A stretch of 64,000 nt of DNA from Ignavibacteria bacterium (GCA_049293015.1 JBATSB010000010.1:2117-66116), one strand, 5' to 3'; shown: positions 25,186 to 36,725, numbered from the stretch's first letter. A program made the numbers and translations. Notes: generated by a model from the sequence alone, not told the origin.

Positions 25186-26904
25186 TTAATTAAGCTCCAA
25201 AAGTTTTTTCTGAACTTCCTCTACAGCTCTCAGGGTAAGTGCAGCAATAGTCAAAGTCGGATTAGATGCTGCCACAGTAGGAAACACCGAACTTCCTAAT
25301 ATGTACATATTTTTAAGATCGTGGCATTTTAAATTTTTATCAACTACTGAAGTCTTCGGATCGTCCCCCATTTTTGTAGTGCCTACAATATGACCTGCTC
25401 CCCATGGATAAGAATGATGCTGCTCCGTACAACCAAGTGACTCCATCATTTTTTTCTGCAGTATAACAGCAACATCTATACTTGCTTTCACATAATCATC
25501 TAATTTATAAAAGATCCTTGGACGAGGTAATCCGTCTGTTCCAAGAGAATCAAATGCCGGCACGATTCTGTTATTTGGATCGGGAAGTTGTTCACAAAGA
25601 AAAGCAAATCGAATTTCTCTAAGTACATTTTCCTTAATATCATTTCGTAATTTTTTACCATATAAAAAATTGTTTTGACCTTGCTTGATCACTTCATCAG
25701 TAGTTGGAAGATTCATGACACTTGATCTGCCACCACTCTTTTTTAAAAAATATGAAGACAGTACATTTGGATATCCAACAGGCCAGCTCCAGCCGTCATT
25801 TCCTATTTCAATTCTAAAAGCTCCTCTGTCTTTTCTGAATGGTCCGTCTTTTACATTCTCTACTCCTGAAGTTGAAAGCGGTGCCTGATAAGGATATACA
25901 GGATCCTTCGCTAGACCATAACTTAGGACGCAGTTATGATCCATCAGATTTCTTCCAACCTGATCACTGCTGTTTGCAATTCCGTTCGGATATTTTTCAG
26001 ATTTTGACATCAGCATTAATTTAGGTGTCTCAATTGCATGACCTGCAAGAATAAATATTTTGCCTGTAGCGACTTTATCACCATCAGCAGTTTGAAATAA
26101 TATTCCCGTTACACTTCCCTCATCATCAGTCTGAATAAATTTTGCTGTTGAGTTGGTAAGAACTTTTACACCCAACGCTTCAGCTTTTGCAATTGTAAAA
26201 GAAGCATCATACTTTGCACCGACCGGACAAATTGGAATGCAGTTATTACTTCCGCAGCATGCCAGTCTTTCATCTTGCGGTGCTGAAAGTCTTCCCTGAG
26301 GAGTACTTGCCACTTGCAGTTTTATATTTGGTGCGTCAGGCAATGTTAAATTCTGAAAAGCTTTATCAACTTGTTTATCAAGATAAGTCTGGGGGATCAT
26401 TGCTGACGGATAAGGTTCTTCTCTTTTAACTCCGAGTGCTGCCTTGTCATCACCTGAAACAGGAATCTCTTGCTCTGCTGCATAATACCATTTCTCAATT
26501 TCTTTATAAGTGATAGGCCAGTCAGTCCCAACTCCATATTCCGTTTTCATTTTAAAATCATTTTCAACAAATCTTAGACAAGTGCCAAGCCAGTGCCATG
26601 TAGTGCCGCCGACAGCTTTTATATATGTACTCTGAAATTTATCCGGTCCCATTTGAATATAATATTTCTGAGGATCGTCCATCGGTGGATAAGGTGCAGT
26701 CCTTGACACAGGATTATATGGTGAGTCATCACCTCTTTCTGGATCAGCTTTGTATTTTTCAATTGCTTTGCTTCTGTCGATCCTGTCGCCGGCTTCTATT
26801 ATTAGCACTTTTGTATTCGATTTAGCAAGACCAAGAGCCATCAGTGCTCCTGAAATTCCTGCGCCGACTATTACAACATCTGCACTGTATTCACTATTCT
26901 GCAT
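25186..26904 (-). CDS. GMC-family FAD-dependent oxidoreductase (flavoprotein subunit of a membrane-associated sugar/gluconate dehydrogenase)
   Basis: 572 aa with DVVIVGAGISGA Rossmann motif and the C-terminal GMC signature ...GTTKMG...VVD...H...N.YILGSSVFPT. Confidence 0.8.
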   Translation of the reverse strand: MQNSEYSADVVIVGAGISGALMALGLAKSNTKVLIIEAGDRIDRSKAIEKYKADPERGDDSPYNPVSRTAPYPPMDDPQKYYIQMGPDKFQSTYIKAVGGTTWHWLGTCLRFVENDFKMKTEYGVGTDWPITYKEIEKWYYAAEQEIPVSGDDKAALGVKREEPYPSAMIPQTYLDKQVDKAFQNLTLPDAPNIKLQVASTPQGRLSAPQDERLACCGSNNCIPICPVGAKYDASFTIAKAEALGVKVLTNSTAKFIQTDDEGSVTGILFQTADGDKVATGKIFILAGHAIETPKLMLMSKSEKYPNGIANSSDQVGRNLMDHNCVLSYGLAKDPVYPYQAPLSTSGVENVKDGPFRKDRGAFRIEIGNDGWSWPVGYPNVLSSYFLKKSGGRSSVMNLPTTDEVIKQGQNNFLYGKKLRNDIKENVLREIRFAFLCEQLPDPNNRIVPAFDSLGTDGLPRPRIFYKLDDYVKASIDVAVILQKKMMESLGCTEQHHSYPWGAGHIVGTTKMGDDPKTSVVDKNLKCHDLKNMYILGSSVFPTVAASNPTLTIAALTLRAVEEVQKKLLELN

Positions 26905-26925
26905 AAAAAAATTATATAATTTAAT

Positions 26926-27423
26926 TTAAGTAACTGAAGGTTTATTCTGCCAGAATCCAAAGTCTCCTCTGCACTGTGCATTAGGGATCAGATATCCTGT
27001 AGATTTCCATGCATACATTTTTTCATAATCAGATACTTTCATGCCGTCTTTTGTTTTGTAAATTCCTGACATCCAGTATGTGATAAGAGTATCTGCAAGT
27101 TTTTTGTATTCAGGATTTTTTGTTATAACATTTTCGATTTCTTCATCAGAAGGAATATTATCAGAATCTATTTTCAGAGCCTTATATAATTCCTGTAATG
27201 ATTTCTTTGAAGGAGGAAAATTCTTCAGACTGGTATGATAAGTAACTGCCAGAGTTTTATCTAATTCAGAATCGGAAAATCCTGTAAGAATTGAACTAAG
27301 TTTCATAAACTCTGCATCACCAAATTCTACCTTCTTTTCTGTACAACCTTCTATTATTGGTAACACAGCAGCACCTACAGCAGCCACTGAACAAAGCCTG
27401 ATAAAATCTCTTCTGTTTATCAT
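26926..27423 (-). CDS. Tat-signal small subunit of a sugar dehydrogenase complex (FAD-SLDH / gluconate 2-DH subunit-3-like)
   Basis: 165 aa with the MINRRDFIRLCSVAAVGAA twin-arginine leader and the FMKLSSILTGFSDSELDKTLA motif. It lies directly upstream of the GMC gene. Confidence 0.65.
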   Translation of the reverse strand: MINRRDFIRLCSVAAVGAAVLPIIEGCTEKKVEFGDAEFMKLSSILTGFSDSELDKTLAVTYHTSLKNFPPSKKSLQELYKALKIDSDNIPSDEEIENVITKNPEYKKLADTLITYWMSGIYKTKDGMKVSDYEKMYAWKSTGYLIPNAQCRGDFGFWQNKPSVT

Positions 27424-27505
27424 ATTTAAAATTTTTTTAAAACTTAAATATATGGAATTACAATTGCAAGGAATTACTTGATTTGAAATTAATTAGAAAG
27501 GATTT

Positions 27506-28531
27506 CTATAGAATGGTCTTTAGTATCTCAACAGCTTTTTTAGTTTCATCCATACTTACATCCAAATGAAAAACTGCTCGCATTAATTCGTAACTACCGG
27601 AAGAAATTATCACACCGTTTTCTTTCGCTTTATTTATTATTTCTTTTTTCGAATATTTATCACATCCAAAAATTACAATGTTTGTCATTACTGTTGACAT
27701 GTCAATCGACACACTTTCTATTTTTGATAACTTTTCAGCAAAATATTTAGCCTTAGAATGATCTTCTTTGAGACGGTCAATATTATTATTAAGTGCATAA
27801 GTCCCTGCTGCCGCTAATATTCCCACCTGTCTCATTCCGCCGCCTAAAATTTTTCTCCACTTGCGGGCTTTGTCGATAAACTCACTACTGCCGCACAAAA
27901 TTGAACCTACAGGACAACCAAGTCCTTTCGAAAAACAAAAAGAAACTGAATCAAAGTAATCAGCATATACCTTTAATGAAATTCCTGTTTCGACTACAGC
28001 ATTAAATATCCTTGCTCCGTCAAGATGCGTTCTGATATTATATCTTTTTGCTAAATCTGAAATTCCTTTTATTACTTCAATCGGCTGAATGACTCCGCCA
28101 GAGCGGTTATGTGTATTCTCAAGACAAATGAGTTTTGTCACAGGGAAATAATATTCATTTGTCCTGATATATTTTTCAATTTCATCTGCAGTCATAATAC
28201 CATTCTTGCCTGGCACAGGTAGCAGCTGTACATTTGATATTACTGAAGGTGCAGCAGTTTCATAATTTAAAATATGCGATTCACTTTCTACTATAACTTC
28301 ATCGCCCGGATCGGTGTGGCATTTTATTGCAAGCTGATTTCCCATTACACCTGTCGGAACAAATATCGCTGACTCTTTACCAGAAAGATCTGCACATTTC
28401 TTCTGAAGCTCATTCACACTTTCATCTTCAGCAAATACATCATCACCTAGTTTTGCATTCAATATAGCTTCAAGCATTGCCGGTGTTGGCTTAGTCACTG
28501 TATCACTTCTTATGTCTATTACTTTATTCAA
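27506..28531 (-). CDS. ltaE: Low-specificity L-threonine aldolase
   Basis: 341 aa with the N-terminus DIRSDTVTKPTPAML...GDDVFAEDESVNELQ. PLP-dependent beta-eliminating lyase family. TTG start. Confidence 0.8.
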   Translation of the reverse strand: MNKVIDIRSDTVTKPTPAMLEAILNAKLGDDVFAEDESVNELQKKCADLSGKESAIFVPTGVMGNQLAIKCHTDPGDEVIVESESHILNYETAAPSVISNVQLLPVPGKNGIMTADEIEKYIRTNEYYFPVTKLICLENTHNRSGGVIQPIEVIKGISDLAKRYNIRTHLDGARIFNAVVETGISLKVYADYFDSVSFCFSKGLGCPVGSILCGSSEFIDKARKWRKILGGGMRQVGILAAAGTYALNNNIDRLKEDHSKAKYFAEKLSKIESVSIDMSTVMTNIVIFGCDKYSKKEIINKAKENGVIISSGSYELMRAVFHLDVSMDETKKAVEILKTIL

Positions 28532-28588
28532 TTACTTTTCATTATTTCTATTTACCTGAGCCGGCTCAGATTGAATCGGGCTTACAAT

Positions 28589-31048
28589 TTAATTTTGTGA
28601 TTCCTCTTTTTCATCTTCTACTATTCTTGCAACTGCAGAGATAGTATCCCCATCATTTAATCTAATAACTCTTACTCCCTGCGCATTTCTTCCCATTACT
28701 CTGATTGACTTCACATTCTGTCTGATCAATATCCCCTTGGAAGTAATTATCATAAGATCATCAGTGTCGGTTACTTCTTTTATTGAGATCAATTTCCCGA
28801 CTTTATCAGTGGTCTTGACTGTAATCACTCCTTTACCACCTCTGTTGGTAACTCTGTAATCTCCAACATTACTTCTCTTCCCATAACCGTTTTCAGTGAT
28901 CACGAGAATAGTAGCGCTCGGTCTGGATACAGTCACAAAGCCTATTACATAATCGTCTTTTGCAAGTTTTATACCTTTTACACCTGTTGCAGTCCTGCCC
29001 ATTTCACGGGCTTTTGATTCATTAAATCTGATTGCCTGACCATTATGACTTCCAATGACAATTTCCTGTGTACCGTTTGTCAGTTTCACATCTACAAGTG
29101 TATCATCATCTTTAAGATTGATAGCGTTAATTCCACTTTTTCTGATATTGGAATAGCTGTCAAGTTTCGTTTTCTTTATAACACCTGATCTTGTTACCAT
29201 TGTAACAAAAAGTTCTTCGGTAAAATCTTTGACTATAACAAATGAAGAAATGTCATCATCTTTATCTTTTTCAATTAGATTAAGTATTGATTTACCTCTT
29301 GAAGTTCTGCTTCCTTCCGGAATATCATAGACCTTTAGCCAGTAACATTTTCCTCTCTGAGTAAAGAACATTATGTACTGATGAGTAGATCCAATGAACA
29401 TATGCTCATTGAAATCATCTTCTGCACTTCCCATAGAAGCAGCAGTAATACCTTTGCCTCCCCTACCCTGTGATTTGTATGAAGTGACAGGAATTCTCTT
29501 AATGAATCCTTTATTCGAAATAGTAATTACTACATCTTCTTCTTTTACAAGCTCCTTCATCATCTCATCGTCAGTCATTGATTTTACATCATACACGATC
29601 TCAGTTCTTCTCTCATCTCCAAATTTTTCAACAAGTGCTTTCAGATCATCACAGATCATTTCTTTTCTGAGCTGCTCATTATCCAGAATTCTTTTTAATC
29701 TTTCAATCGTCTTTAAAACTTCTTTATATTCATCTTCAATTTTCTTTCTCTCAAGTCCTGTCAATCTCTGCAGTCTCATTTCAAGAATTGCTGTTGCCTG
29801 TATTTCAGAAAGCTTAAAAGATTTCATCAATGCTGTTCTTGCAGTAGGAGCATCAGGTGATTTTTTGATCAGCTTGATTATTTCATCAATATTATCAAGT
29901 GCTATTATGTAACCTTCAAGAATATGCGCTCTCTTCTCTGCAGCATCCAGTTCAAATTTTGTTCTTCTGACAATAACATTAAGTCTATGTTTAACAAAAT
30001 GCTCCATCATCTCTTTTAGATTCAGAACTTTAGGAATCCCGTCAACAAGCGCAAGCATGATCGTACCAAACGTAGTCTGCATTTGTGTATGCTTGTACAA
30101 ATTATTCACAATCACCTGCGGATTACCATCGCGTTTAAGTCCGATCACAATTCTCATTCCGTCCCTGTCACTTTCATCATTTATATCAGAAATGTCTTCA
30201 ACTTTTTTATCTCTTACTAATTGCGCAATATTTTCTATCAGACTTACTTTGTTTACCTGATATGGAATTTCAGAAATTATAATATTTTGCTTGCCGTTTT
30301 TTTCAACTTCTATAGAAACTTTTGCTCTTAAAATTATTTTCCCTCTGCCTGTTTCATAAGCGTCTATCACAGGTTGATAACCGTAAATAATTCCACCTGT
30401 TGGAAAATCCGGAGCTGATACATATTTCATTAATTTCTTAATTGTAATATCAGGATCTTTTATTAACTGAATTATCCCGTTACAGACTTCATTCAGATTA
30501 TGAGGTGGTATGTTTGTAGCCATTCCGACTGCAATACCGTTCGAACCGTTGATAAGCAAATTCGGGATCACTGCTGGCAATACTGATGGCTCTGTTAATG
30601 TATCATCAAAGTTTGGAACGAAATCTACAGTATCCTTCTCAAGATCTTCAAGGATCGCTTCAGCAACTCTTGACAATCTTGCCTCAGTATATCGCATTGC
30701 CGCTGCTGAATCTCCGTCAACTGATCCAAAGTTTCCCTGACCATTCACAAGTGGATACCTAAGTGAAAACTCCTGAACCAATCTTACCATAGTATCATAA
30801 ACAGCTTTATCTCCGTGGGGATGATATTTACCTAATACTTCTCCAACTATTCTTGCTGATTTTTTATGTGCACGGTTCGACGCAAGACCGAGTTCTCTCA
30901 TTCCATATAAAACCCTTCTGTGTACCGGTTTAAGTCCGTCTCTCACATCCGGTAAAGCCCTTGATACTATTACTGACATTGAATAATCAATGTAAGAAGA
31001 CTTCATTTCGTCTTCTATATTTATTGGTATGATTTTTTCGTTTGGCAT
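28589..31048 (-). CDS. gyrA: DNA gyrase subunit A
   Basis: 819 aa with [35 protein letters not shown] (the active-site Tyr region) and C-terminal beta-pinwheel repeats. Confidence 0.95.
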   Translation of the reverse strand: MPNEKIIPINIEDEMKSSYIDYSMSVIVSRALPDVRDGLKPVHRRVLYGMRELGLASNRAHKKSARIVGEVLGKYHPHGDKAVYDTMVRLVQEFSLRYPLVNGQGNFGSVDGDSAAAMRYTEARLSRVAEAILEDLEKDTVDFVPNFDDTLTEPSVLPAVIPNLLINGSNGIAVGMATNIPPHNLNEVCNGIIQLIKDPDITIKKLMKYVSAPDFPTGGIIYGYQPVIDAYETGRGKIILRAKVSIEVEKNGKQNIIISEIPYQVNKVSLIENIAQLVRDKKVEDISDINDESDRDGMRIVIGLKRDGNPQVIVNNLYKHTQMQTTFGTIMLALVDGIPKVLNLKEMMEHFVKHRLNVIVRRTKFELDAAEKRAHILEGYIIALDNIDEIIKLIKKSPDAPTARTALMKSFKLSEIQATAILEMRLQRLTGLERKKIEDEYKEVLKTIERLKRILDNEQLRKEMICDDLKALVEKFGDERRTEIVYDVKSMTDDEMMKELVKEEDVVITISNKGFIKRIPVTSYKSQGRGGKGITAASMGSAEDDFNEHMFIGSTHQYIMFFTQRGKCYWLKVYDIPEGSRTSRGKSILNLIEKDKDDDISSFVIVKDFTEELFVTMVTRSGVIKKTKLDSYSNIRKSGINAINLKDDDTLVDVKLTNGTQEIVIGSHNGQAIRFNESKAREMGRTATGVKGIKLAKDDYVIGFVTVSRPSATILVITENGYGKRSNVGDYRVTNRGGKGVITVKTTDKVGKLISIKEVTDTDDLMIITSKGILIRQNVKSIRVMGRNAQGVRVIRLNDGDTISAVARIVEDEKEESQN

Positions 31049-31155
31049 TTTATATTATAATTTTAAAACCTTTGTTTTATTAAAATAAATGACTTAATAA
31101 ATTTCGTCAGATAATTTTTATAATAATCTAATTAGAACTTTAATTTCTTTGAACT

Positions 31156-31638
31156 TTAATATTTAGCCGGTTTAATTCCCTGCATAACTCTTAAGAGACC
31201 TATCTGTCCTGCATGATAAGCATCATGTGAAATAATTTCTCTTATATAATTTGAAAATTCTTTTCTTGTATTAAAAAGCTCAATTCCTTTTTTCCTGATC
31301 AATGATTTCATTCTTTTATGTGTCTTTTCAAGAAGAATTAATTCTGCCTGCCATTTTTCTTCATCCGGTTTTTCAGGAATAGACATCCAGTTGCCGGCTT
31401 TTCTTTCTGCTGATGAAAATGGTTTTCCTTCTTCTTCAGAAAAAATATATAGTTTCCAGAAAATTGTATGTTTCACAATTTTCCAAATACTGTTTCTTTT
31501 GTTATCTGGTCTCCATGCAGCTTGCTTAAAATTCAGATCCTTTATCTGCTCAAAAAGCCCAGCCTGCCATCCATTTCCCCCATAAAAAAAAGAGTCCATA
31601 TCCCGCAAATATGCTATTATAGGATTATGAGTTTTCAT
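31156..31638 (-). CDS. DinB-family (DinB_2) protein
   Basis: 160 aa four-helix-bundle type with ...HTIFW... and ...HDAYHAGQI motifs. Confidence 0.7.
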   Translation of the reverse strand: MKTHNPIIAYLRDMDSFFYGGNGWQAGLFEQIKDLNFKQAAWRPDNKRNSIWKIVKHTIFWKLYIFSEEEGKPFSSAERKAGNWMSIPEKPDEEKWQAELILLEKTHKRMKSLIRKKGIELFNTRKEFSNYIREIISHDAYHAGQIGLLRVMQGIKPAKY

Positions 31639-31911
31639 TTTTGAAATTGCTTATTTTTATGGAAATGATCGACCTGTGATAACTAAAATTGATCTTCAAT
31701 CTGTAGTTTCGGGAATTAAATTTTATTGCGTAAAATACTCATTTTTGGTAAAATTTACAATGAATTGATGAGTATTATTCTTTATGAAATGAATTGAAAT
31801 TGCAGTTTTTTATTGAAACAGATCGGAATTTTTTATTGAAATTAAACGCAGTTTAAATGTATTAACTTTTAATCAAATTTTACAAGACTTAACACTAAAT
31901 TTCAGAATTGA

Positions 31912-32187
31912 TTAATTTTGATTTCGCTTTTTATCGGCAACCATAAATTCTTGATTATGAGCCATTTCAAAAAGAAATTCAGGGGAAAAATCAGCACCGT
32001 TTTCCCAGTATATTGTAAAGGGATTCAGTTTGAAATTTCTGAAATATTCTTTGTCTTTAAGTGGTTCAAATATTTCACCCCATATTTCTTCTTTGAGATC
32101 TATGACTTGACTAAAACCGGTATTGAATTCTATATCAATTTTATATTCATCAAGATACTCGGCATTTGTGATGTGTATGTTTTCCAA
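31912..32187 (-). CDS. DUF2442 domain protein
   Basis: 91 aa. Size, pairing with DUF4160 and the ...L.IEF..G....IDL... pattern fit. TTG start. Confidence 0.6.
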   Translation of the reverse strand: MENIHITNAEYLDEYKIDIEFNTGFSQVIDLKEEIWGEIFEPLKDKEYFRNFKLNPFTIYWENGADFSPEFLFEMAHNQEFMVADKKRNQN

Positions 32188-32208
32188 AATATTTATTTTT
32201 ATTCTATT

Positions 32209-32466
32209 TTATTCTAAAGGTTTAATCTTTTTTAATTTTTTCTTTTCAACTGACTGATTCCAATTAAATGATATTTCTCTGATATTTTTCTCTATCCATT
32301 CCTTAACAAGACTTTGAACTTTCATTGGCAGCTTTCCAATTACCTTGCCTGATTTAATTTCAATTTTAGCTTTATATCCCTGATACTCAACATGAATGTG
32401 CGGAGGATTATGATCCTTATAAAACATATAAATTGTTATCCCATAAAATCTTGAAATCTCAGGCAT
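32209..32466 (-). CDS. DUF4160 domain protein
   Basis: MPEISRFYGITIYMFYKDHNPPHIHVEYQGYKA is the DUF4160 signature. I prefer the ATG at 32466 because it is preceded by GAGGAG; the ORF track starts 6 codons earlier. Confidence 0.75.
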   Translation of the reverse strand: MPEISRFYGITIYMFYKDHNPPHIHVEYQGYKAKIEIKSGKVIGKLPMKVQSLVKEWIEKNIREISFNWNQSVEKKKLKKIKPLE

Positions 32467-32574
32467 TTTCTCCTCTTTAACCATTTGAACCTAACAATTT
32501 TTTTAAAGAATCAAAATACCTTTTTTTACCTCTTTAATTTTTTTTTCAATTATTCTGCTCTGTATCTTTAATTC

Positions 32575-33270
32575 TTAAAGTTCCATTTCAGCTTCAGGAT
32601 CTACATCATTATCATCACAGTTTTCATCCAATACATCTAATATAATCCCTTCATTTACATCTACAATAACGGCAGTCAGTTTATTATTAAAAACACATCC
32701 GGTATCAATATTAGAATAATATTCTTTCTTATAAACATATTCTCTAAGTGGTGTATGTCCGAATATCTGAAGTTTGTCCAGTTTCTCTGGAGTACGGCGG
32801 TTCCATAAGATCGAAACATCATCTCCTCCCGGTATTATTCCCGCATGTGAAATTACTGCTTTTTTGAATTCATATCTTAGTGGAAAGCTTTTGATGAAAT
32901 CATAATGACCGAGATCCTTTAATTTCTGTTTAAATTTTTTGAAATCTGAAAATGCTCTTGAATCAATATAAGAATTTTGAGTTTCTTTTCCTCCGTTGTA
33001 GTAATAATGTTCTGCTTCTTTAAACATAAATCCAAGAAATTTATCAGACTTTTCGATCGCCTTCAGCATCATATCTTCATGATTACCTCTTACAGATTTT
33101 ATTGAATTAGAAATACAAAATTCAACAACTGCTTTGGAATATTTTCCTCTGTCGATCAGATCTCCGACAGTATATACATCACCTGCATTTTTCAGCCTGT
33201 CATGAATTTTTTTTAATGTGTAGTAACAGCCGTGTACATCACCTATAACGGCAACAGTATTTTTTGACAT
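32575..33270 (-). CDS. Metallophosphoesterase, PPP-family Ser/Thr phosphatase / ApaH-PrpE-like
   Basis: 231 aa with the motifs VIGDVHGC, GDLIDRG and GNHE. Confidence 0.75.
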   Translation of the reverse strand: MSKNTVAVIGDVHGCYYTLKKIHDRLKNAGDVYTVGDLIDRGKYSKAVVEFCISNSIKSVRGNHEDMMLKAIEKSDKFLGFMFKEAEHYYYNGGKETQNSYIDSRAFSDFKKFKQKLKDLGHYDFIKSFPLRYEFKKAVISHAGIIPGGDDVSILWNRRTPEKLDKLQIFGHTPLREYVYKKEYYSNIDTGCVFNNKLTAVIVDVNEGIILDVLDENCDDNDVDPEAEMEL

Positions 33271-33340
33271 AAAATGTGATTTGGGTTTGCATAAAATTTA
33301 TGAATTATTTGCATTAAATTAAACTTATTAAATTAAAATT

Positions 33341-33742
33341 TTGGATAAATCTAAAATAATTCTTTTTGACGGAGTCTGTAATTTATGTAACTCATCAGTA
33401 AATTTTATTATTGATAATGATAATATTAATACTTTCAAATTTGCATCTCTTCAGTCCGAAAAAGGTACAGAGCTTTTAAAAAAATACGATCTCTTTGATA
33501 AAAATATAGACTCGGTTATCTTGATTGAAAATGACAAAGCATATCTCAAATCAGATGCTGCTCTAAAAATCGCAAAAACACTCGGAGGTAAATACAAATT
33601 GATATATGGGTTTATTATTCTACCTGCATTTATTAGAAATTTTTTTTATGACATTATAGCAAAGAACAGGTATAAGTGGTTTGGAAAAAAAGACTCCTGT
33701 AGAATTCCTACTCCCGAGCTAAAAACCAAATTCCTGGATTAA
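33341..33742 (+). CDS. DCC-family thiol-disulfide oxidoreductase (DUF393)
   Basis: 133 aa with the ILFDGVCNLCNSSVNFII motif. TTG start. Confidence 0.75.
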   Translation: MDKSKIILFDGVCNLCNSSVNFIIDNDNINTFKFASLQSEKGTELLKKYDLFDKNIDSVILIENDKAYLKSDAALKIAKTLGGKYKLIYGFIILPAFIRNFFYDIIAKNRYKWFGKKDSCRIPTPELKTKFLD

Positions 33743-33815
33743 GATCAGAAAATGTTAACATGCATTGTAAATTGCTATGCCTTTATAAAAAAATAGTGAA
33801 TAAGTATATTATTTG

Positions 33816-35855
33816 ATGAAAAAAAATATAAAGTATCTTGTAACGGCAGCACTTCCTTATGCAAATAATTACTTACACATAGGACATATTGCCGGAGCAT
33901 ATCTTCCACCGGATATATTTGTCAGATATAAGAAGCTGAATGACGAGGATGTTATCTTTATTTCGGGATCTGATGAACATGGTACTGCTATTGAGATGGC
34001 TTCCATTTCTGAAAAAATTACACCACAGGAAATAATTGACAGGTATCATTTTGCAAATGAAAAAGCTTTTCAGGACCTTGGAATTGATTTTGATATTTAT
34101 TCACGTACTTCAAATAAAGTTCATCACGAAACTGCAAAAGAATTTTTTCTTAACTTATACAATAAAGGTCAGTTCGTTCAAAAAACAGAGAAGCAGCTTT
34201 TCTCTGAGAAAGAAAACAGATTTTTGGCAGACCGATTTATTACTGGTACATGTCCGGTCTGCGGATTTGAAGAAGCTCGTGGTGACGAATGTGAAAATTG
34301 CGGAAGCAATCTCTCACCTCTTGAATTAATTAATCCTAGGTCAAAGATAACAGGTGATATTCCTGTCGTTAAGGAATCCACAAATTTTTACATACCATTG
34401 GGTGATTATCAGGATGCATTGAATAAATGGCTTAAAGATAAAAATGACTGGAAGCAAAACGTTATTAACTACTGTAAAGGATGGCTTAAAGCAGGTTTAA
34501 AGGACAGAGCAATCACCAGAGATCTTGACTGGGGTGTAAAAGTTCCTGTCGAGGGAAATGACGGAAAGGTAATTTACGTTTGGTTTGAAGCACCGATCGG
34601 TTACATTTCTGCGACTAAAGAGCTTTTTGCAAAAAGAAATGAACCTGAGAAATGGAAAGATTACTGGCAGAATAAGGATACAAAATTAATTCATTTCATT
34701 GGAAAAGATAATATCGTTTTTCATTCTATTATTTTTCCTTCAATGTTAATGGCTCATGGCGATTATATCCTTCCTGAAAATGTACCGGCAAATGAATTTT
34801 TGAATATTGGCGGTGATAAACTTTCAAAAAGTAAAGGCAATGGGATACTTGTAAAGGACATTGTAAAAATTTTCAGTCCGGATGTAATTCGGTATGTGCT
34901 TGCTTCAAACATGCCTGAAAACAAAGATTCTGAATTTACCTGGAAAGATCTGCAAGTAAAAAATAACAGTGAGCTTGCGGGAATACTAGGAAATTTCATT
35001 AACCGAACAGTAGTATTTGCAAAAAATAAATTTGATAATAAAATACCTGAACTTCATAAGTCTGATATTGCAGATGAAGAAATATTAAATTATTTTAAAT
35101 CTCAGTCTAAAAAAATTAGCAGACTTTATGACAGCTTTAGTTTCAGAGAAGCATTATTAAATACTATGGACTGTGTTCGCGCTGCAAATAAATATTTCAA
35201 TGATAACGAACCATGGAAATCTGTAAAAGATGATAAAGAGAGATGTGAAACTGTTATCAGAGTTTGCCTTGAGCTGTGTCATTCAATTGCAATACTGATA
35301 AATCCGTTTATACCTTTTACAACAGAAAGTATATTAAAAATTCTAAATGTAAGTAATAAAGATATGAAGTGGGATAAGATTGGCACATGTGTTCTTGAAA
35401 AAGGTGCAGTACTTGGAGAAAATAAAATACTCTTTCCTCAGATCGAAGATTCTGAAATTGAAAAACTCGAAACAGATTCTTCAGTTGAAAAAGTTGAGAA
35501 GAATGCTGTAAAATCTGAAAAGAAGTCTGAAGGAATTATTACGTTAGAAGATTTCAAAAAAGTAAGTCTCAAAGTTGCTAAGATAATTGAATGTGAAGCA
35601 GTTCCAAAAAGTAAAAAACTACTGAAGCTAAGACTAAAAGTCGGTGACACTGAGAAACAAATTGTCTCCGGTATTTCAGAGCATTATAAACCTGAAGACC
35701 TTATAGGAAAATTAATAGTAGTGGTTGATAATCTTGTACCTTCTAAACTTATGGGAGTTGACTCCGATGGAATGCTTCTTGCTGCGAAACAAAATGGCGA
35801 ACTTAGAATAATTACTATTGATGGTGAAATAGAAACAGGAGCAGAAGTAAATTGA
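33816..35855 (+). CDS. metG: Methionine--tRNA ligase with C-terminal tRNA-binding (EMAP-like) domain
   Basis: 679 aa with PYANNYLHIGH (HIGH), the CPVCG...CENCG zinc knuckle and KLSKSKGN (KMSKS). Confidence 0.95.
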   Translation: MKKNIKYLVTAALPYANNYLHIGHIAGAYLPPDIFVRYKKLNDEDVIFISGSDEHGTAIEMASISEKITPQEIIDRYHFANEKAFQDLGIDFDIYSRTSNKVHHETAKEFFLNLYNKGQFVQKTEKQLFSEKENRFLADRFITGTCPVCGFEEARGDECENCGSNLSPLELINPRSKITGDIPVVKESTNFYIPLGDYQDALNKWLKDKNDWKQNVINYCKGWLKAGLKDRAITRDLDWGVKVPVEGNDGKVIYVWFEAPIGYISATKELFAKRNEPEKWKDYWQNKDTKLIHFIGKDNIVFHSIIFPSMLMAHGDYILPENVPANEFLNIGGDKLSKSKGNGILVKDIVKIFSPDVIRYVLASNMPENKDSEFTWKDLQVKNNSELAGILGNFINRTVVFAKNKFDNKIPELHKSDIADEEILNYFKSQSKKISRLYDSFSFREALLNTMDCVRAANKYFNDNEPWKSVKDDKERCETVIRVCLELCHSIAILINPFIPFTTESILKILNVSNKDMKWDKIGTCVLEKGAVLGENKILFPQIEDSEIEKLETDSSVEKVEKNAVKSEKKSEGIITLEDFKKVSLKVAKIIECEAVPKSKKLLKLRLKVGDTEKQIVSGISEHYKPEDLIGKLIVVVDNLVPSKLMGVDSDGMLLAAKQNGELRIITIDGEIETGAEVN

Positions 35856-36709
35856 TTTACAGATTTAATAACGAGACCTATGATCTTTCGAAAAAGACTT
35901 ATGTCATGGGAATTCTGAACATTACGCCTGACTCATTTTCTGATGGTGGAAAATATTTTGATGGAAAACCTGATCTGGATAAAATAGTAAGTGATGCAAT
36001 CAGGATGGAAAAGGAAGGAGCTGATTTTTTAGATGTCGGCGGAGAATCTACAAGGCCAGGTTCTGAATCAATAAGTATTGATGAGGAAATAACTAGAGTG
36101 GTACCGGTGATAAATGCAATTTGTAAAAAAGTAAATATCCCTGTTTCAATAGACACATATAAAAGTGAAGTCGCAGAAGAAGCACTGAAAGAAGGTGCTT
36201 GTATAGTAAATGATATAAGTGGTTTCAGATTTGATGAAAAGCTACCTAAAGTAACAGCAAAGTATAATGCATCCTGCATATTGATGCACATAAAAGGAAC
36301 TCCAAAAAATATGCAGCAAGATCCTGTATATGAAGATGTAATAAAAGAAATTTCAGATTATCTTGAGACATCAGCGGATATTGCAAAAGATGCCGGCATT
36401 AAACAGATCATATTAGATCCGGGTATTGGGTTTGGTAAAACATTTGAAAATAATCTTGAGATCATCAGAAATTTGTCAGAATTTAAAAAACTTGGTTATC
36501 CAATTCTTCTTGGGACTTCAAGAAAAAGTTTTTTAAATAAAATATCTTCATCACTTCCTGAAAAAAGATTAGTAGGTACGATAGCATCAAATGTAATAGG
36601 CATTTTGAACGGCGCAAACTTAATAAGGGTACATGATGTAAGTGAAAATTTTATAGCAGCTAAAACTGCTGATACAATAATTAATAAATTACCAACAATA
36701 AAATTATAA
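35852..36709 (+). CDS. folP: Dihydropteroate synthase
   Basis: 285 aa with MGILNITPDSFSDGG, DVGGESTRPG and ILDPGIGFGK. The TTG start overlaps the metG stop by 4 nt. The N-terminal length matches E. coli FolP. Confidence 0.9.
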   Translation: MIYRFNNETYDLSKKTYVMGILNITPDSFSDGGKYFDGKPDLDKIVSDAIRMEKEGADFLDVGGESTRPGSESISIDEEITRVVPVINAICKKVNIPVSIDTYKSEVAEEALKEGACIVNDISGFRFDEKLPKVTAKYNASCILMHIKGTPKNMQQDPVYEDVIKEISDYLETSADIAKDAGIKQIILDPGIGFGKTFENNLEIIRNLSEFKKLGYPILLGTSRKSFLNKISSSLPEKRLVGTIASNVIGILNGANLIRVHDVSENFIAAKTADTIINKLPTIKL

Positions 36710-36725
36710 GTAAAAATTATAAACA

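Noticed and set aside
29394-29912. 172-aa plus-strand ORF inside gyrA. Similar antisense ORFs occur at 35899..36291, 37553..37951, 41832..42134, 45287..45571, 60615..61037 and elsewhere.
   Set aside because: They lie entirely within, and antisense to, genes with unambiguous family signatures. Their Ser/Ile/Phe/Leu-rich low-complexity products are what the antisense of AT-rich coding sequence yields.
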